A stretch of 64,000 bases of DNA, taken from contig NC_043002.1 of the NCBI RefSeq assembly GCF_006345805.1, positions 68,324,001-68,388,000 on the forward strand, written 5' to 3'. The translations under genes and the position numbers were made by a program. Origin of the DNA: Octopus sinensis. Lineage: Eukaryota. This document shows positions 36,148-48,774 of this stretch, one piece after another. The notes below the pieces were generated by a model that saw only the letters and a program-made list of their open reading frames with translations, searched no databases and was not told the DNA's origin. Every line of letters begins with the position of its first letter. Positions within the stretch are counted from its first letter, which is position 1.

Positions 36148-36367
36148 CCCTTTCATTACCAACCCAGCCAAAACCGGCTCTGGCTCTGTAGTACAAATGT
36201 TTTGTTTTCATAAGTTTTGAATTAAAATCTTTCACCAAACCTTAGCCACAATTTATGTTCCTAACACTAGCTGAATGATAACTTAGTTATTTTACTAAAT
36301 TCTTTGTTATATTTAAAAATGATTGAAAGAAACAGAGTTTCTCAAAATAAATACAGTAACGAAAGGC
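36148..36367. mobile_element. piggyBac-type MITE family P1, second copy
   Basis: GTAA|CCCTTTCATTACC...GTAACGAAAGGC|TTAA; reverse complement of 11802-12022. Confidence 0.8.
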
Positions 36368-36651
36368 TTAATTAATCATATCTCTCATATTAATAATTTT
36401 CACACTTGAATATTTCTGCAAATCTTAAAAAAAATCTATATTAACAATACTAAACTTATCCCTCCCTTCTCACCAAGCCTTCTTTACAAGAGGCTCCATA
36501 GCTTATCTGTTATATCTATCTTTCTTGGAAGAAGCAAATGGGATACAAAAAAAAAAGTGGGGGAACATTTACAAAGGGCTCTGATTAATGGATGAATTAT
36601 TAATCTCTCTGAAAATATTTCCAATTTTATTAAGTATAAGAACATACTTAC

Positions 36652-36759
36652 TTGGTCACCATAGGGAGTTACCACACCAATGCTGTTTTCACCAAATGGC
36701 TCCCACTCAGCGGGCCAACTTTTCACTAATTCTGTGACTCTTTCTGCCACCTCATAAAC
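36652..36759 (-). CDS. HELZ: HELZ exon VYEVAERV...IGVVTPYGDQ (motif IV)
   Basis: 108 bp, TTTAG acceptor, GTAAGT donor. Confidence 0.94.
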
Positions 36760-38375
36760 CTAAAAATAAAACCATTTTCACTGAGATTTGAAATACAGCT
36801 TGAATTTATGAAACTACATTTTGATTACCCTCTAAAAACTCGATAATTAGTATGACAGGGAGTTTTTTAAGCGATGCATTAATCCTTTAACACAGTTGAC
36901 TGTATCTTTTAATTCTAAGTTGTTAACTTTAGAATATAAGTTATAACTATAATATTTCAGTCACTTTGAGATGAATAATGTAGTTTTCCAATCAGTAGAT
37001 GGTCTATATAGAAAATGAAATGCAAGAATGAAGACTCTACAAGCCACATTGCATATTTGCCTTGGTTGACAGTAAGTCTAAATAAGAACTGATACAAGGT
37101 AAAATGCTCCCATTACACACTGTATGACATACACAACACCAATGAAGTTAGTCACAGTCAGAGGTTTTCTTTGTTGCTGCATGAATAAGATGGTGTGAAC
37201 TACAAAAAGTCGTGCAACTAAAACATTATCGCATTTAATATTCACTTCCTCGTGCTAGTTGTTGAAGCAGATTTTCTATGGCCAGGTGTCCTACCTATTG
37301 CCAATCATCACCTGTTTCCAAGCAAGGTGGTATTTCCCCAAGGCCTGACATGTTTTTCACACTAGAAATGAAAAATATCATTTACATGATGGTGATGTTC
37401 ATTTGCAACCATCACATGATGTCAAGGCAAGGACACACACAAACAGGCTTCTTTCTGTTTCTGCTCATCAAATTCACACGCAAGGCTTTGGTTGACCTGG
37501 GGCTTTAATACGAGTCATTTGCCCAAGGTTCCACACAGTGGAACTGAACTGAAAATCACATAGTTGGGAAGCAAGCTTCTCAACCATACACCTATACCAG
37601 CAAGAAAAAAGTGAAGTAAAAGCGATGACGATAACGTGATCCTCAAATTCATTCATATGCTTTACTGGAACCAATTCAACAACAAAACAGTAGTAATATT
37701 ACTCACTGAACCTAAATAGACAGAAAAATATCTGGAGCTGAGTTTTCAAGGATAAGTAAATGGTCTGCATTAACAACACTAAGTCAACAGGAGAGTTTGA
37801 TTGATAACTACAACACTATGTTTTCTCGATTCTCACTCTCATACAAAGAGCAAAGCTTGAAATGTTAAAGCTTATATTTCTTTGAATAAATCAAATTTAT
37901 TAAGCCCTCCTATAATTTATGGAGTCACACTTCTTTATCCTGTGTACAAAGTGTTCCTTTTTAGAAAAAGAAACAACCAACATTTAATAAATTGGCATTT
38001 GTAATTTATACAACATGATCTTTAATATCCTGCCTTTAAACAGCAAGACCAATTCTGTACAAGTACTCCACATTCATCCTATCCAGTTATTAATTCAAAA
38101 TTAGAGAATACCAATGGACACTTTCTTCAAAAGGAAAAAAATCTATGAATCTTTGATGGTAACAACATAAATTATAAATATACAATAGCAGAATCCAGAG
38201 AACACTAGAAAGAATACCACGTAGTATTTGTTTATCTCCCCTTACATTCAGAGTTTAAATTCATCCTATGTCTACCTGAAGTTGCTTTAATCAATTATAC
38301 TCCCTAGATAGGTGCACTCCAGTATGGCCACAAATCAATCGCTAAAACCAGTGAAAAGAATCAAAGAATACTCAC

Positions 38376-38669
38376 CTCTGCAATATTAAAGAATCCTGTA
38401 CTATTTTGGTGCTGTACTTCTTCACCTTTAGCAGTGAAAAACGTAAATGGCCAGTAGAGGGGATGGCGTGATTCCTGCCCCGCCGAAATTAGTTTGTTAT
38501 CATAAAAAAGACTAGATGTGAAGTTTACAAGTTCAATGGTTGAACGATAGTTTTCATGGAGCATAATCCTACAAGGAGACTCTATGGGATAGTCTTCATA
38601 AAGTCTTTCAAGCAATGAGCGGTGAAAATTTCTCTGCCGAGCATAATCAGCATATATCTCGGGACTCAT
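38376..38669 (-). CDS. HELZ: HELZ exon MSPEIY...SLLERLY...ENYRS...FFNIAE
   Basis: 294 bp, TTCAG acceptor, GTGAGT donor; ORF 38361..38768. Confidence 0.94.
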
Positions 38670-38826
38670 CTGAATAATAATAATAATAATGATATTAAAT
38701 TTAGTGACACTCAAATGAATATCAAATATATTTAATTCCAAATAAGGCACAGGGATGTTGACATACATAAAGACAGTTTTAAAAAATTATTTTAAAAAAT
38801 GTATGTCATTAAAACTTTCCACTTAC

Positions 38827-38945
38827 TTGCATATGATCTCCAGCTAAGACTACTTTTGTATTCACTCCAGCAAGACCCAATGGGATAAGACTTTCAGTTT
38901 CCATGACTTGAGCAGCTTCATCAAGGAAAATGTGTGTGAAAAAAT
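38827..38945 (-). CDS. HELZ: HELZ exon [12 protein letters not shown]...VVLAGDHMQ (motifs II and III)
   Basis: 119 bp, TTCAG acceptor, GTAAGT donor; not in the ORF track. Confidence 0.95.
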
Positions 38946-39138
38946 CTGAAGAAAACAAACAACCAAATATGAATATATTTCAACAAATTTTTTAATGTTT
39001 GGCTGTCTTTAAAAAATATCAGAAGATATCAAAAAATATCAGAACATTATACCAAAATTTTAAATCAAATGCAGCCAGTTGCAAAGTGTAATTTTAAAAA
39101 CAAGAAGTGAAAAATAAAAATTGAGAATTCAACCATAC

Positions 39139-39389
39139 CTGGACCCAAATTCAAATCATAAATGATTCGAGATTGATTAAGAGTTGTTATAATAACTCGA
39201 TGATTTTTCAAGTCTTCAACTGTGGGGACTCGGAATGTTGAATCAGGCTGCAGTAATGAGTACTTGATCACTGAGCTAGGAACAGTGAGTACCCATCGTT
39301 TACGGAAATAGATACGGAGAGGTCGTGCTTCAGGGTGTCCACTTGTTACATAAGGGTCGAAAAATTCTTTAATGTACAGATCAGCCGCA
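39139..39389 (-). CDS. HELZ: HELZ exon (S)AADLYIKEFF...PEARPLRIYFRKRWV...LGP
   Basis: 251 bp, CTAG acceptor, GTATGG donor; completes motif Ia (HSNSAAD). Confidence 0.93.
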
Positions 39390-39599
39390 CTAGATAAAAC
39401 AATGCAAAAACATTAAATAAATAAATGTTACATAATACAGATTAGTAGTAATTCTGAAATAATTAAAATTATATTACTTGTACAAAGTCTGTCTACATAA
39501 GAAACCAGACTTTAAAACAGCATGCTATTCGGCCAGTGCAAGCCTTCTTGTGAATAAAGATTCATGTACGAGTAATCTTGGCCTTCAGTCTAATAACAG

Positions 39600-41200
39600 T
39601 CACATCATGCTACATCAGTTAGTCACTATGTTTTGGTGATATGTCATAAGTTGAACAATGAAAGATTTGAAAGAGTAACATGTTTCTGTGAAAATGTAAT
39701 TCAAATTTTTTAAATGCTTTTATGAAGCACTTTCCAGTGGTGTAACACAACAAATGGGAAGATTGAGTCATACACAATGTCACAAAGGGTGCATTGGCAT
39801 CCTTCAAATCAGGAAGGATATCCTCCAAAATGATCCAAAACTTGAATGAAATTCCATAACAACAAATGATGATCACATCACATCAGTGCATGCAGTGATT
39901 TATGAAAATCACCACCTGACTGTCTGTGCAGTTTCTGAAGAAGCAGACACCTGTAAAGTTTGTGTCACATGATAGTGGTTTCAAATTTTGGCACAAGGCC
40001 AGCAATTTCTGGGGAGGGAGTAAGTCCATTACATCAATCCTCAGGGTTCAACTGGTACTTATTTTATTAACATAGAAAGGATGAATATCAAAGTTGACAC
40101 CAATGGAATTTGAACTCAGAATGCAAAGATGGATGAAATGATGCTTAGAATTTTGTCAGGCTTGCTAACAATTCTACAGCTCGCTGCCTTAGTGAGATGT
40201 ATATAGCATTGTTGTGTTACATAATATTAAAAGAAAATGGTTTGAGTGGTCACAAAATTTGTGTTGTGTTTGCTAATAGACAAACACAAGAAATGAAAAC
40301 TTTCTGAGAAGTGTCATAGTAGGAAATGAAATCAATAAAGCTGAAGTAAAAAAGGTGTCATCACAAAGGGCTGGGTCATTGTTGCCATGACCAGCATGTA
40401 ATGTTAGCAGAAACCAGTTGCTGACAAAGTGCAAGACACTGAAATCACATGATACAACGGTTACACCACTGGTGCTTGGTAATTCTCATCTGCTACCAAT
40501 ATTGGTATTTACATACACAAGACATCTATATGTGAAACTCTCTCAGGGTGAATACGGCAGTATTATATATCCATGTTAAGTAGGATATAAAGGTTGCTAT
40601 TCAGTAATAATATTGCCTCCATTGCTATCTGATTTTTACCTGCTCTGCCAGCTGTTAGCAAAGCCATCAAATAAATAGTTGCTGATTCTCTATATAATGG
40701 TAGAAGAGAGATTTGACCAGCATGCAGTGTTAGAAAAATACCAGTTGTTGATGAAGCACAAACCATGCTGAAATCATAACAATACTGTCTCTGTCACTGA
40801 TATCTAAAATAAAGTATGTCAGAATCAGTATAATTTGGTGGTGATGTTAATCATCTTTTGTGACAGGAAGGGTGCTGTTCATCATGTGTCTGTTCCATGT
40901 GGTCAGAAAATCAGTAAAGAATTTTACTTCAGTGTGCTGAGGTATTCGTAAGAGGCAATGTCAGAAGAGAAACCTGAGACATGGACAAACAAAACCTGAA
41001 TGCTGCATCACAATGAAACACCTGCTTATGTGTCACTTTTTATCCATGATATTTTCGCAAAGTGCAAGACAACTTTCCTTCCCTAGTTGCACTTATCTTC
41101 AAATTTATCCCATGTGCACTATTTTTTTTAAGGTGAAATCCACTCTGAAAGATCATTGATTGTAGAAGATAGAAATTATTGAAAATGATCATAATTTATT
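39600..41200 (+). mobile_element. Highly degenerate mariner remnant with nested insertions
   Basis: Decayed motifs resembling ITGDET (about 40313), HHDNAPAH (about 41006) and KLKSxLKG (about 41130). Boundaries approximate. Confidence 0.45.
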
Positions 41201-41483
41201 ATGACAATAGGAAGACAATTTGGTTGAGCAGTTTGGGTTAAGATGGAAAAGAATGGCACAATCAAGACAAAATTGGAAGTACATTGTGATCAGTGATGTG
41301 TAACAGCATTTGATGGCCTGGTCAATACTGTGATGTGATTTAATAAATAGAGAAAAGGGGAACACTTAACCCTGAAAAAATATTAGAATCTAATCAATAA
41401 TAAAATAGATGATTATATGACATTATTAGTATCATATGTCAATGTTATTGTAACGTAATTTAGAAAAACGGTTTTAAAATTAC

Positions 41484-41693
41484 CTATTTGAATGGGTACA
41501 GATCATTATTCGAGTTCCTTTCTTCTGAAGGGCAAGTTTGGCAGCTTGGGCAAGTGTGAAGGTCTTTCCTGTTCCATAAGGCCCAAGCAACAATAAAGGT
41601 GGTAAACGCACACCATTAGAATCCGCTATTATTCCTGCAATAGCTTGTCGTTGTTTCTCATTCACCCGGGAATCAAGCAGACCTTCCAAAGAA
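41484..41693 (-). CDS. HELZ: HELZ exon with Walker A GPYGTGKT and ICTHSN
   Basis: 210 bp, TTCAG acceptor, GTAAT donor; ORF 41480..41713. Confidence 0.95.
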
Positions 41694-42231
41694 CTGAAAA
41701 AAAGAAGAAGCAAAAATTCAATGAATCCTGATCTGAAATACCAAAAATTTTAATGCATCATGAAATGATCTTCAGATTCTTCCTTTATGAGTCAAAAATT
41801 TGGGGAAGATATGTTTCTCATAACTGTTTCATTAAGTAATAGAACATTTCTTTACCAACACTATTCACTCCATCAGAGATGGTCCTTCATTAGATGTAAA
41901 CACAGTATAATTAGGAAGATAGATCCATGGGTTTTATGCCTTGTCATTCAGCTGGCTTCCATAAAAAAAAAGCCTCATAACAAAACTGAATATATTTTCC
42001 AGAATAAATAAGCAGAGGTTTCTTGTAGTTACTGTTCACCAAATTTCTTCATAAAGCATTGGTTGGTTTGGAGTTATTGTAGAAGACATTTACCCAAGGT
42101 GCCATGCAGTAGGACTGAACCCAATGCCACAGTATTATGAAGTGTACTTCGTAACCACACAGCCATGCCTGAACCTTCATTTATGATACTTATAGTTTCA
42201 TCATCATCATCCAGTGTTTTAAATCTGGGTT

Positions 42232-42670
42232 TTGTCCCTGTTAACAGATCTACCTCAATGTCATAGCAACTGCCCTCACACCATCTCATCATCTTGCCCA
42301 GTTGTGGGCATCCTCCTTTTCCAAACCAACCCTCCCAATTTCCACCTCCACCTGTCCCCTCCACCTTCTCCTAAGTCTACCTCACTTTCGCACTCCATTT
42401 ACCTCAAATGCAATCACCCTCCTCAGAACATGCTCATCGTCCCTCCTCAACACATGCTCATACCACCTCACTCCATTCACTTTTGCCTCCAATCCCAGCA
42501 GTCCCATCAAATCCTCAGTCCTCCTCTTATCAAACAGCTTCACCCCACACATTTCTCTCACCATTGCTCTCTCGGTCCTTCTCAAAATTACCATCTCTCT
42601 CTCCCCCAGACACCATGTCTCACTCCCATACAACACTGCAGCTCTCACACAATTCTTATAGATCCATAAC
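42232..42670 (-). mobile_element. RTE-clade LINE 3' fragment
   Basis: LYGSETW...RWYEHVLRR (ORF 42382..42648). Confidence 0.8.
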
Positions 42671-43812
42671 TCTTTAGACCAATTTGAAAACTTAAAAAAC
42701 TCTAAATTAATACATGATTCCTTATGAAATTAGAGAAGAAGTGACCAGCTACAGCAACTATTTGCTATCAGTAAATAGCTGCTGTAATACTGAAAACCAT
42801 TCTTGAAGTAATCTTGATCAGGAACAAGCAACCTTTTGAAAAGCAAGCCACATGAGACATGGCTCATCATCAGGGGAACCATACTACTAAAAAAAATTCA
42901 AGGTAATTTTTCAATAGTCATGCCTTCTTTCAGAAAGTCTCACAGACCACAGTTTACTGATGTCTGTTCTAGCAGTTCTCTACTTCTGTAATTACATAAG
43001 CAACCATGAACTGATATGTGTCAAGGGTTTTCAAAGAGAAAATATCATACATAAAGACCAACTATCCCAAATTCAAAAAGAATTGTCGGTGTAAGGTGAA
43101 TATGATACTTTCCAAACAATAATAATTGTGGCTTGTTGTTGAATTGTTCAACATGTACTTCTGCTTTTTTTTATTTCAGGCGAAAGATTACTAGTTTTCA
43201 TATGTACAAATGACTATTTTGTTTTCTTATACAGACTGAAACAGAGAAGGTATGACAATGACAAGGCTGTGAATAGCAATGAAATGACTTTAATCTTATT
43301 GATTGATTGAACAAATAATCAAACAGTTGAGAAGTTAATTTTATCTTTTAAGCTTGGTACTCGTTCTATCATTCTCTTTTGCTGAACTGCTAAGCTACAG
43401 GACATCAACACACCAACACCAGCTGCCAATCGGTGGTGGAACATAGACAGAGAGACAGACACACACACACACATGACAAGCTTCTTTCAGTTTCCATCTA
43501 CCAAATCCATTCACAAGACTTAGATCAACTTGATACTATAGTAGAAAACACTTGCCCAAGGTGCCACGCAGTGGGACTGAAGCCAGAACCGTGTGGTTGG
43601 GAAACAAGCTTCTTACCACACAGCCACTGGTTAATTAATTAACAAATAAATAATTAAATAAGTGAAATAGAACCAGTGTGTGTGTTTATCATAAGCATAA
43701 TGACTCTCCTGAAATACAACTAAACCTGTTTCAACACAGGAGTTCACATCAAGAATCTTGTAAACCAAATACAAAAACGAAATATTTAAAGGAAATCTAA
43801 AGGGTGACTTAC

Positions 43813-43937
43813 CTATCAATTTCCCAGGGAACACTAGGAGCGTGTGACATATGGGGGAATACAATGTCCAGATCAGGTAAGTTATCAATGGCATGATGCA
43901 TTTCACATTTAGGTAACCGATTCAACTGAAACTGCAC
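43813..43937 (-). CDS. HELZ: HELZ exon VQFQLNRLPKCEMHHAIDNLPDLDIVFP...PWEID
   Basis: 125 bp, CCAG acceptor, GTAAG donor; QFQLNRLPxCEMH is characteristic of HELZ; this frame is not in the ORF track. Confidence 0.93.
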
Positions 43938-44559
43938 CTGGAGTTAAAAGAGGTGAAGTATCTTGTATAGAAATCCCTTTGTTTTTTTTTTCTTTTTGTA
44001 AACATTAAAGAAATCAATATTTATTTTCACACCTTTCAATCCAAAACAAATGTGAATCTGATAAATAAAGTACATTGTAACCATCATCCACATTCAATGT
44101 TATAGATATTTCAAGCACAAAATGCAGAACCAGCAATATTGAAAAAGTAGGGCATTGGCATTAGGAAGGGCATCCAGCTGTAGAAACTCTGTCAGATCAA
44201 TATTGGAGCCTGGTGCAGCCATCTGGTTTGCCAGTCCTCAGTCAAATCGTCCAATCCATGCTAGCATAGAAAGTGGACATTAAACGATAATAATGATGTT
44301 CATGATGAATAAAATGATAACAACAACCATCATTATTATCATTTAATGTCTGTTTTCCATGTTGGCATGGGTTGGATGCTTTGACAAGAGCTGGTATGGC
44401 CGGGATCCACACTTGCCACCATTGTCTGTTTTAGCAGGATTTTTATCTACAACTGGATGCCCTACCTAACTGTCAATCACTTTACAGAGTGTATTGGATG
44501 CTTTTTATGTGGTACCAAGACCAGTGCTTTTATTAGTAGTAGTAGTAATAATAATAATA

Positions 44560-44776
44560 ATAATCCTTTCTACTACAGGCACAAGGCCTGAAATTTTTGG
44601 TAGAGGGGGGAGGCAGTTGATTACATCAACCCCAGTACGCAACTGGTACTTAATTTATTGACCCCGAAGGAATGAAAGGCAAAGCTGACCTCGACAAAAT
44701 TTGAACTCAGAATGTAAAGACAGAATACCACTAAGCATTTTGTCTGGCATGCTAATTATTCTGCCAGCTTGCTGTC

Positions 44777-44780
<4 letters not shown>
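44560..44780 (-). mobile_element. SINE family 2 (about 220 bp, (ATT)n tail); representative copy
   Basis: GGCACAAGGCC...AAGGATGAAAGGCAAAGTCGACC...GAATTTGAACTCAGAA; copies at about 625-825, 2168-2392, 10300-10505, 12675-12882, 12915-13110, 16245-16452, 16500-16678, 39980-40190, 44820-45192, 61000-61215 and 63380-63590. Confidence 0.88.
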
Positions 44781-44810
<30 letters not shown>

Positions 44811-45221
44811 CAACAATAATAATCTTTTCTACTATAGGGACAAGGGCCTGAAGTTTGTGGGGAGGGGACTAGTTGATTACATCAACCCCAGTGTTTCATC
44901 ATCATCGTCGTCGTTTAACATCTGCCTTCCATGCTAGCATGGGTGGGACAGTTTCACAAGAGCCAGCCAGGCAGAAGCCAGCACCAGACTTTTGCGACTG
45001 TTTTGATAAGATTTTTACAGCTAGATGCCCTTCCTAGCAGCAACCACTCAGCACTGGTATTTAATTTATCAAGCCCGGAAGGATGAAGGCAAAGTCAACT
45101 TTGATGGTATTTGAACTCAGAATGTAAAGACAGATAAAATGCTGCTAAGCATTTTACCCAGCATGTTAACAGTTCTGCCAGCTCATTGCCTTAATAACAA
45201 CAACAACAATAATAATAATCC

Positions 45222-45765
45222 CAGGTATTGGCTCTCATGGCTTTTGATCTTATCTGATTGGAAGTGTTAACATGTACGTGTTTTGTCTTGGCAAAAAAAA
45301 TGGACTACAGCAAATATATTCTGCACAATACCACAGATTTGCTTGTCAGTTGTTTGACCGTAACCAGTTGTGCATGTCCCTTAGTGGCTGACATTATGTG
45401 CCTCTCTGATCATGAGTAGAAGTAGTAGGGGAGCATCATAGCCATATGCTGAGAGGAATTCTTTGGGATTTGGATAATTCACCTCTGGAAACATGGGTGT
45501 TTCATTCATCATTCTTAAACAAACCTTATTCAGGGACCTTTTGAGTGGGATGGGCTACTTGACCTGAAGAAAATTCTAACTGGGCCCCACCCGTAAGGTC
45601 AAGTGTTGTTTATCTTGATATGAGCTCACCATGTCGTACACACATGGTTGTGATGCATGTACCTGGTGTAGCCTTATCAGATGGGCAATCAAGATGCTTA
45701 TATTGGGCTTTGTGTATTTGTACCCCAGTATCACTTTGATGGCATGTGCTGCTCTCTTGTTCAAT
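45222..45765. repeat. Interspersed repeat family 5, about 540 bp; copies at about 10853-11342 and 10505-10810 (deleted)
   Basis: Shared GGCTCTCAT...AATACCACAGATTTGCTTGT...CCTTATTCAGGGACCTTTT...GATGCATGT; class not determined. Confidence 0.75.
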
Positions 45766-45799
45766 AATAATAAAAATTATAATAACAATAATAATAATA

Positions 45800-45972
45800 G
45801 CTTCTTAAGGCAACTGGAAATCCCATGCAAGATTAGCATCTTGCAAAAAGCAGCATTACTGGGCACAGTACACATCTTAAAGAAAGTATTATCTGTCTGA
45901 AAGCCTTGTTGTAACTTGACAGATGACTAAAGATTCCAGTGCAATTTTACCTACACTGTGTTACGAAGGAGG
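45800..45972 (+). mobile_element. R4/Dong-clade LINE 3' end
   Basis: ILQKAALLGTVHILKKVLSV* is the typical C-terminus of R4-clade ORFs; (TAA)n on both sides. Confidence 0.7.
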
Positions 45973-46002
45973 AATAATAATAGTAATAAAACTGAGGCTT
46001 AC

Positions 46003-46113
46003 ATGAGCTGTTAATTCTTGATCAGCTTTCAGTTGAAGATCACATACACTTTTGGATGATAAACGGAAGAAGACAAAATCTTTACCTTTATCTTCTATTA
46101 TAGCCTCATAAAC
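46003..46113 (-). CDS. HELZ: HELZ exon VYEAIIEDKGKDFVFFRLS...ELTAH
   Basis: 111 bp, CTCAG acceptor, GTAAGC donor. Confidence 0.92.
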
Positions 46114-47856
46114 CTGAGGAGTAAAAGAATAAAAATAGAATAAAATATACACAAATAAAAAAAGAGCAATAATTGTTTCTAACTTTGTCATAATTGCATC
46201 TTATTAATGAATTTGATTGTTTGCTTGTAGTAATGAAGTCAATGATAAAGATTTTATTTCAATGATGTTCGGTGGTCTTTGAAGACAATCTCACACTCTC
46301 ACCTCTTGTAGGCCTCTTTCCAAATGGGCCAAAGCCACAGGGCAGCCAAGCTTCTTGACTGGCCTGGAGGTGAAACCTCAAAGTTTTGTGCATTGAAAGG
46401 GGACAAACAAAAACAGCAACATCAAAATGGCTAAGTGCATAAAATGTTGGAACCAATCAACAGCCGAACATAAGACTATAAACCTCGAAAATATATATTG
46501 TTATCTAAATTTTATTTCGAGTGCACAAGGAACAAAGCATTTGAGATGCAATTATAAATTATTGAATTATCAGCTAAAACAAATAATATTTGCTATGTAT
46601 TTGAAATATTACTACTCCATTACTAGAGATGGTGGGAGTTTGAAAGCCTGCTGCTATTATGATGTTGTCACTATTATAACAGTTAACTCTATCAGTAGAA
46701 ATGAGATAACATCATCACCATTTGACATCTAACTTGTCATGCTGTCATGGGTTGGATGGCTTGACAGGATTTCAGCCATATAGCTGTGTCAAGCTCCAAT
46801 GTCTGCTTTGCCATGGTTTCTACAGCTGGATGTCTTTCCTAATGCTCTTTGTGATGTGTTTTTCTCATGCTACTGGCACTAGTGAGGTTGCCAAGTAACT
46901 TTTAAGAGAAGCAAAGAACAGGAAAAGGGAAAAAGCCCCTTTGACTGAATAATGTAGGGTATTTGAGAGGAAGGTGTTCTGCCAGGTACTGAGAGGCTAA
47001 AGTATGATAGAGGAACAAGCCTAGGTGTCTTGATATATTCTTTTACTTGTTTCAGTCATTTGACTGTGGCCATGCTTGAGCACCGCCATTAGTTGAAAAA
47101 TCAACCCCAGGACTTATTCTTTGTAAGCCTAGTACATATTCTATCAGTCTCTTCTGCTGGACCACTAAGTTATGGGGATGTATACTCACCAACATTGCTT
47201 GTCAAGCGATGGTAGGGGGGACAAATACAGATACACAAACATATATGTGTGTGTGCAAAAATTTAGATTCAGGTGAATATGGTACTTAAGTTGAGGCACC
47301 AGAATTTAGTACGGTATTATCCTTACAATTTCAAAGTAAGGTGATTAAAATCAAAATAAACAACAAGGATATCCAGAGGTAATGCAATATGATCGTTTCA
47401 TACAAATCCATTTAATTGAACAATGCAATCATTACATCAATTTAAAATGCAGAGCAATCTTCAGCTGACAGGCTTCTTTCAGTTTCTGTCTACCAAATCC
47501 ACTCACAAGGCTTTGGTCGGCCCGAGGCTATAGTAGAAGACACTTGCCCAAGGTGCCATGCAGTGGGTCTGAACCCGGAACTATGATGTGGTTCATAAGC
47601 AAGCTACTTACCACACAGCCACTCCTACACCTATTTATTCACGTTTTTCAGTTAATCATGCATTATCTTGTAGCTTCAAGATTTCAATGATGTGGCTGTT
47701 TTATTCTTAGATTGACATTGAAGGGTAGGTAGGAAAGGCTGGATTCAGTCAGTTTGAACATAAAACACGTAGAATATTGTGGCTGGATATGGCCAGTTTA
47801 AATGCTAAAGAGTTTTTTAAAATATTCAGAAAAGAAGAAGAAAAACTTTTAAATAC

Positions 47857-48088
47857 CTTTTCAACATCATTTTTTTGAGAATTGTTTTCATATGAATAAC
47901 AAGATGAAAACCACACAGCATTAGCACTCTGCAAAATCAATCGACCATGCATTGTATCTTCAGAAAGTTCATTTTCAAGTTTCATTCTTGCAAATAACTG
48001 ACCATCTGAACTGAATTTTGCTAAACGGTACCCACCAGGAACTAACATGAATCGATTCACAATCTGCAAAGTAACTTTAATGTTGAAC
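47857..48088 (-). CDS. HELZ: HELZ exon FNIKVTLQIVNRFMLVPGG...LSEDTMHGRL...DVEK
   Basis: 232 bp, TTTTAG acceptor, GTATTT donor; within ORF 47749..48252. Confidence 0.9.
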
Positions 48089-48208
48089 CTAAAAAATAAA
48101 AAACACAAAATATTCTGAAATTGTAATAAAAGATATTTAAAACTAAACTGAATTCTAAAATTAATATTTTTCACGTTTTTGGGGGGGTTTCTTTTGAACT
48201 TTTTACTA

Positions 48209-48774
48209 TTGGGTTGTCCGGAAAGTTCGTGCCGATTTTTAAAGGAAAGCAAAAGGTCAATAATTACTTGCCATTACATTTTTAATCAACCAAGTATGAA
48301 CCATTTTGTTGCACAATGCATCTCTATCTTTCCTTTAACTTGAAAATACCCTCTTCCCAGAATTGAGGTGGTTTCATGGCAAAGAATTCATCAAGGTATC
48401 TTTTTACGTCATCTAAGGAATTGAAATTTTTACCATTAAGACTATTCTGCAGAGACCTGAATAAATGGAAATCCGAAGGAGCAATATCTGATGAATATGG
48501 AGGGTGAGGTAACACATCCCAGCCAAGCTGCAGCAATTTTTGTCTGGTTCCCAAAGCATCAAGTGCCGAAAATGAACTTTCTTATCTTCCATTTTAAAGT
48601 GTTACAGGATTAACACAGGTTATAGGAACATAAACCTTCTTCCATGAAAAGATAGCTTAAACTGTGCTCTAAATGGAGGTGTAGTCAAATCCTATTTTAT
48701 GGACTCAACCATGTTCTAAAATAAGCCGAAAGGTAAGCTACTATAAATCGGCACAAACTTTCTGGACAACCCAA
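48209..48774 (-). mobile_element. Internally deleted mariner element
   Basis: TIRs TTGGGTTGTCCGGAAAGTTCGTGCCGATTT / AAATCGGCACAAACTTTCTGGACAACCCAA with TA on both sides; transposase C-terminus HPPYSSDIAPSDFHLF (ORF 48324..48554). Confidence 0.92.
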
